Source: Macrostomum hystrix (taxonomy: Eukaryota; Animalia; Platyhelminthes). Taken from it: a DNA stretch of 64,000 nucleotides. Numbering within the stretch: the stretch's first letter is position 1; every line of letters starts with the position of its first letter. The notes under the pieces were generated by a model that saw only the letters and a list, made by a program, of their open reading frames with translations, did no database searches and had not been told where the DNA came from. Of the stretch, positions 62,197 through 64,000 are shown piece by piece. The stretch lies in NCBI GenBank assembly GCA_950097015.1, contig CATNEN010000007.1, forward strand, positions 8,618,001 to 8,682,000, written 5' to 3'. The position numbers and the translations under genes were made by a program.

Positions 62197-62960
62197 TCAC
62201 AGAAAGCCGAAAGCGATCAGCTCGCAGAAGGTGAGATATCCGATAAGCCGATTGGTCACTCGGAGCCTCCGGCCGCGCCGGTTGCAGCTGAAGTTCCGCG
62301 CAGAGAAGGCAGTCGCCGTGGTGAAGTCAACGCAGGTGACGCCGTCCACAGCGATGGTGAAGCTGTTGAGCCGCTCCGGACAGCAGTCGCCTCGGTTGTA
62401 AACTGCCACCTGCGTGATGAAGGTCTCATCGGATGTGCCAGCCTCCCACCACTGACTGTCATCATATTCGGAGCAGAAACAACTCGAAAACGACCGTGAC
62501 AGGTTGCCATCAATGGCTTCGTCCCAAAGATTGCTTCTATTCAAACTTTTGGAACTCTGCGCACAGCTGGAAAGGTGCAGCTTTCGTTCACCTGAGGATT
62601 GATGTTGATAGCAAATAATGATCTTCGGATCTGTCCCCCTAATTTTCAACTACAACTATTTCCACCATGACTTTGTGGTGAGTGGCGCCTTCTCCAAACT
62701 GACCGCGTACTTGGAAGTCCAGCTTTCTGTGCACTGCCTTAGCGGGCCCAGTCGCAGAGGTTGCGACCTTGTCGGGCAGCAGCAGGTGGCACTCGGAGCC
62801 CGTGAACCGAGCGCTGGCGCACCAGCCCCTGGCGGCGGCTGCTCAGCTGCAGCTCCGCAGCGATGCTGGATCCTGCTGTCTCGAGCCAGAGTGAGCCCAC
62901 GTATTGGCTCAGGACACCCCACAGAGGCAGCGCCAGGATGACAAGCAGCTTCGGTGACAT
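62197..62960 (-). pseudogene. PAN-like + F-type lectin paralog 3, frameshifted in exon 1
   Basis: Exons 62960-62704 and 62591-62197. Exon 1 lacks the QYLVECLLMC segment of paralog 2 and changes frame at about 62837. Exon 2 is intact. Confidence 0.75.
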
Positions 62961-63527
62961 CCTGCTGAGCAGCATTTGAGAACAGATTGTTTGCTTCAGT
63001 TGGCTTTGTCAATGCGTGAAGCAAGACCCACGTATAATTGGGTCATCTCTCATCCAAAAAATTAATCGTGGTCTTTTGCAAGGCGTGAACTCTTCCCTGA
63101 TTGGCTGGTCCCGTTGCCCAGTTGCTTGTTCTTGAGAAGAAGAAGACACCTTTCGTGCTTTCTAGTAACTTAGAAACGAAAATATCTAGAATCTGTATAT
63201 GGTTCTGGTATTATTGATGAGAAATAAAATATTAATTGGATTGGATTTAAAAAGGTTAAAATGCATTCATCGTGTGTTCTTTTATTCAAAACTGTCTGCA
63301 AGCCAAAAGATTACACCAAAGCTTTGAGCACCGCTGTTAGCTCGTATTTAAGCTTAAAAGTAACATCTCCGTGCATTTCTTGCTTGAGAAAATTATACAG
63401 TGAGTGACAATGCACTTGAGATAAAATAGCATAACAACAATTTAAATTGATTTTTCAATACTTTGCATACGCTCGTACTCTCCGCTGCATGATATGCTAC
63501 TATCGGAATAGTAGCTTACGCGTTTAA

Positions 63528-63991
63528 CAGTAGAAATACCACGCCATTTTCCCCCCTGGGGAAAGAACGCAGGGGTATACCCACTGCCCAATTCACAATA
63601 GCTCCCACCACGAGATTTTCGGCGATTCTAGTCGAAGACCCGAGTGACAAGGACAACTGACATTTCTCTGTATAAACTTATTTCGCAAATCCATATCGGT
63701 TTAAAAGTGTATAAATTAACAATATAATCAATACAATATAGTCACAGTAGCCGACATGATTAAATGATAAAACTTTGTGGGCAGAAAATTTTTGCCTACT
63801 TTTGTGGTTCTTGCCACCGATACCCGACGAGAATCCTTGAATATCTCGACAATGCCGATGTTTTGTGATTTATCGTTCTTTCATGGAATAGCGCCGAAAC
63901 TTCTAGCCCGTGTTCTGGATTTTCAAAGCGATTGAATATCTTACGAGATACAGAAAACTGAGGGTTTTGTAATTCCCCTTTGGTCTTTCTA
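63528..63991 (-). mobile_element. MITE copy (same family)
   Basis: TTAA-CAGTAGAAATACCA ... TGGTCTTTCTA, with the core in reverse orientation. Confidence 0.7.
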
Positions 63992-64000
63992 ATTTTTATT

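Overview
Eukaryotic (animal) genomic DNA with GC-rich exons, AT-rich introns and many minisatellites. The style resembles a free-living flatworm such as Macrostomum, but that is inference only. The left part holds a 9-exon WD40 gene (WDR97-like, +), a multi-exon DH-domain RhoGEF gene (-) and a secreted PAN/apple + LamG-like gene. The centre (about 29.2-49 kb) is a decayed Polinton/Maverick-type element with protein-primed PolB, minor capsid, integrase-chromo and tandem PC4 genes. Three younger elements have inserted into it: a solo LTR splitting the PolB DHDH motif, an apparently complete Ngaro-type tyrosine-recombinase retrotransposon, and a full-length Loa-like LINE with an 11-bp TSD splitting the PC4 gene. 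The most interesting signal is the expression logic of the Ngaro element. Its YR frame has no usable start codon, but a perfect GTAAGT donor in gag and a polypyrimidine-CAG acceptor just before YR join in frame, predicting a spliced SAP-domain-YR protein. A -1 slippery site with a downstream stem marks the gag/pol boundary. The right part holds three paralogous PAN + F-type lectin genes lacking the canonical fucose-binding His, a truncated Gypsy element between direct repeats, TTAA-flanked MITEs and tRNA-derived SINEs.
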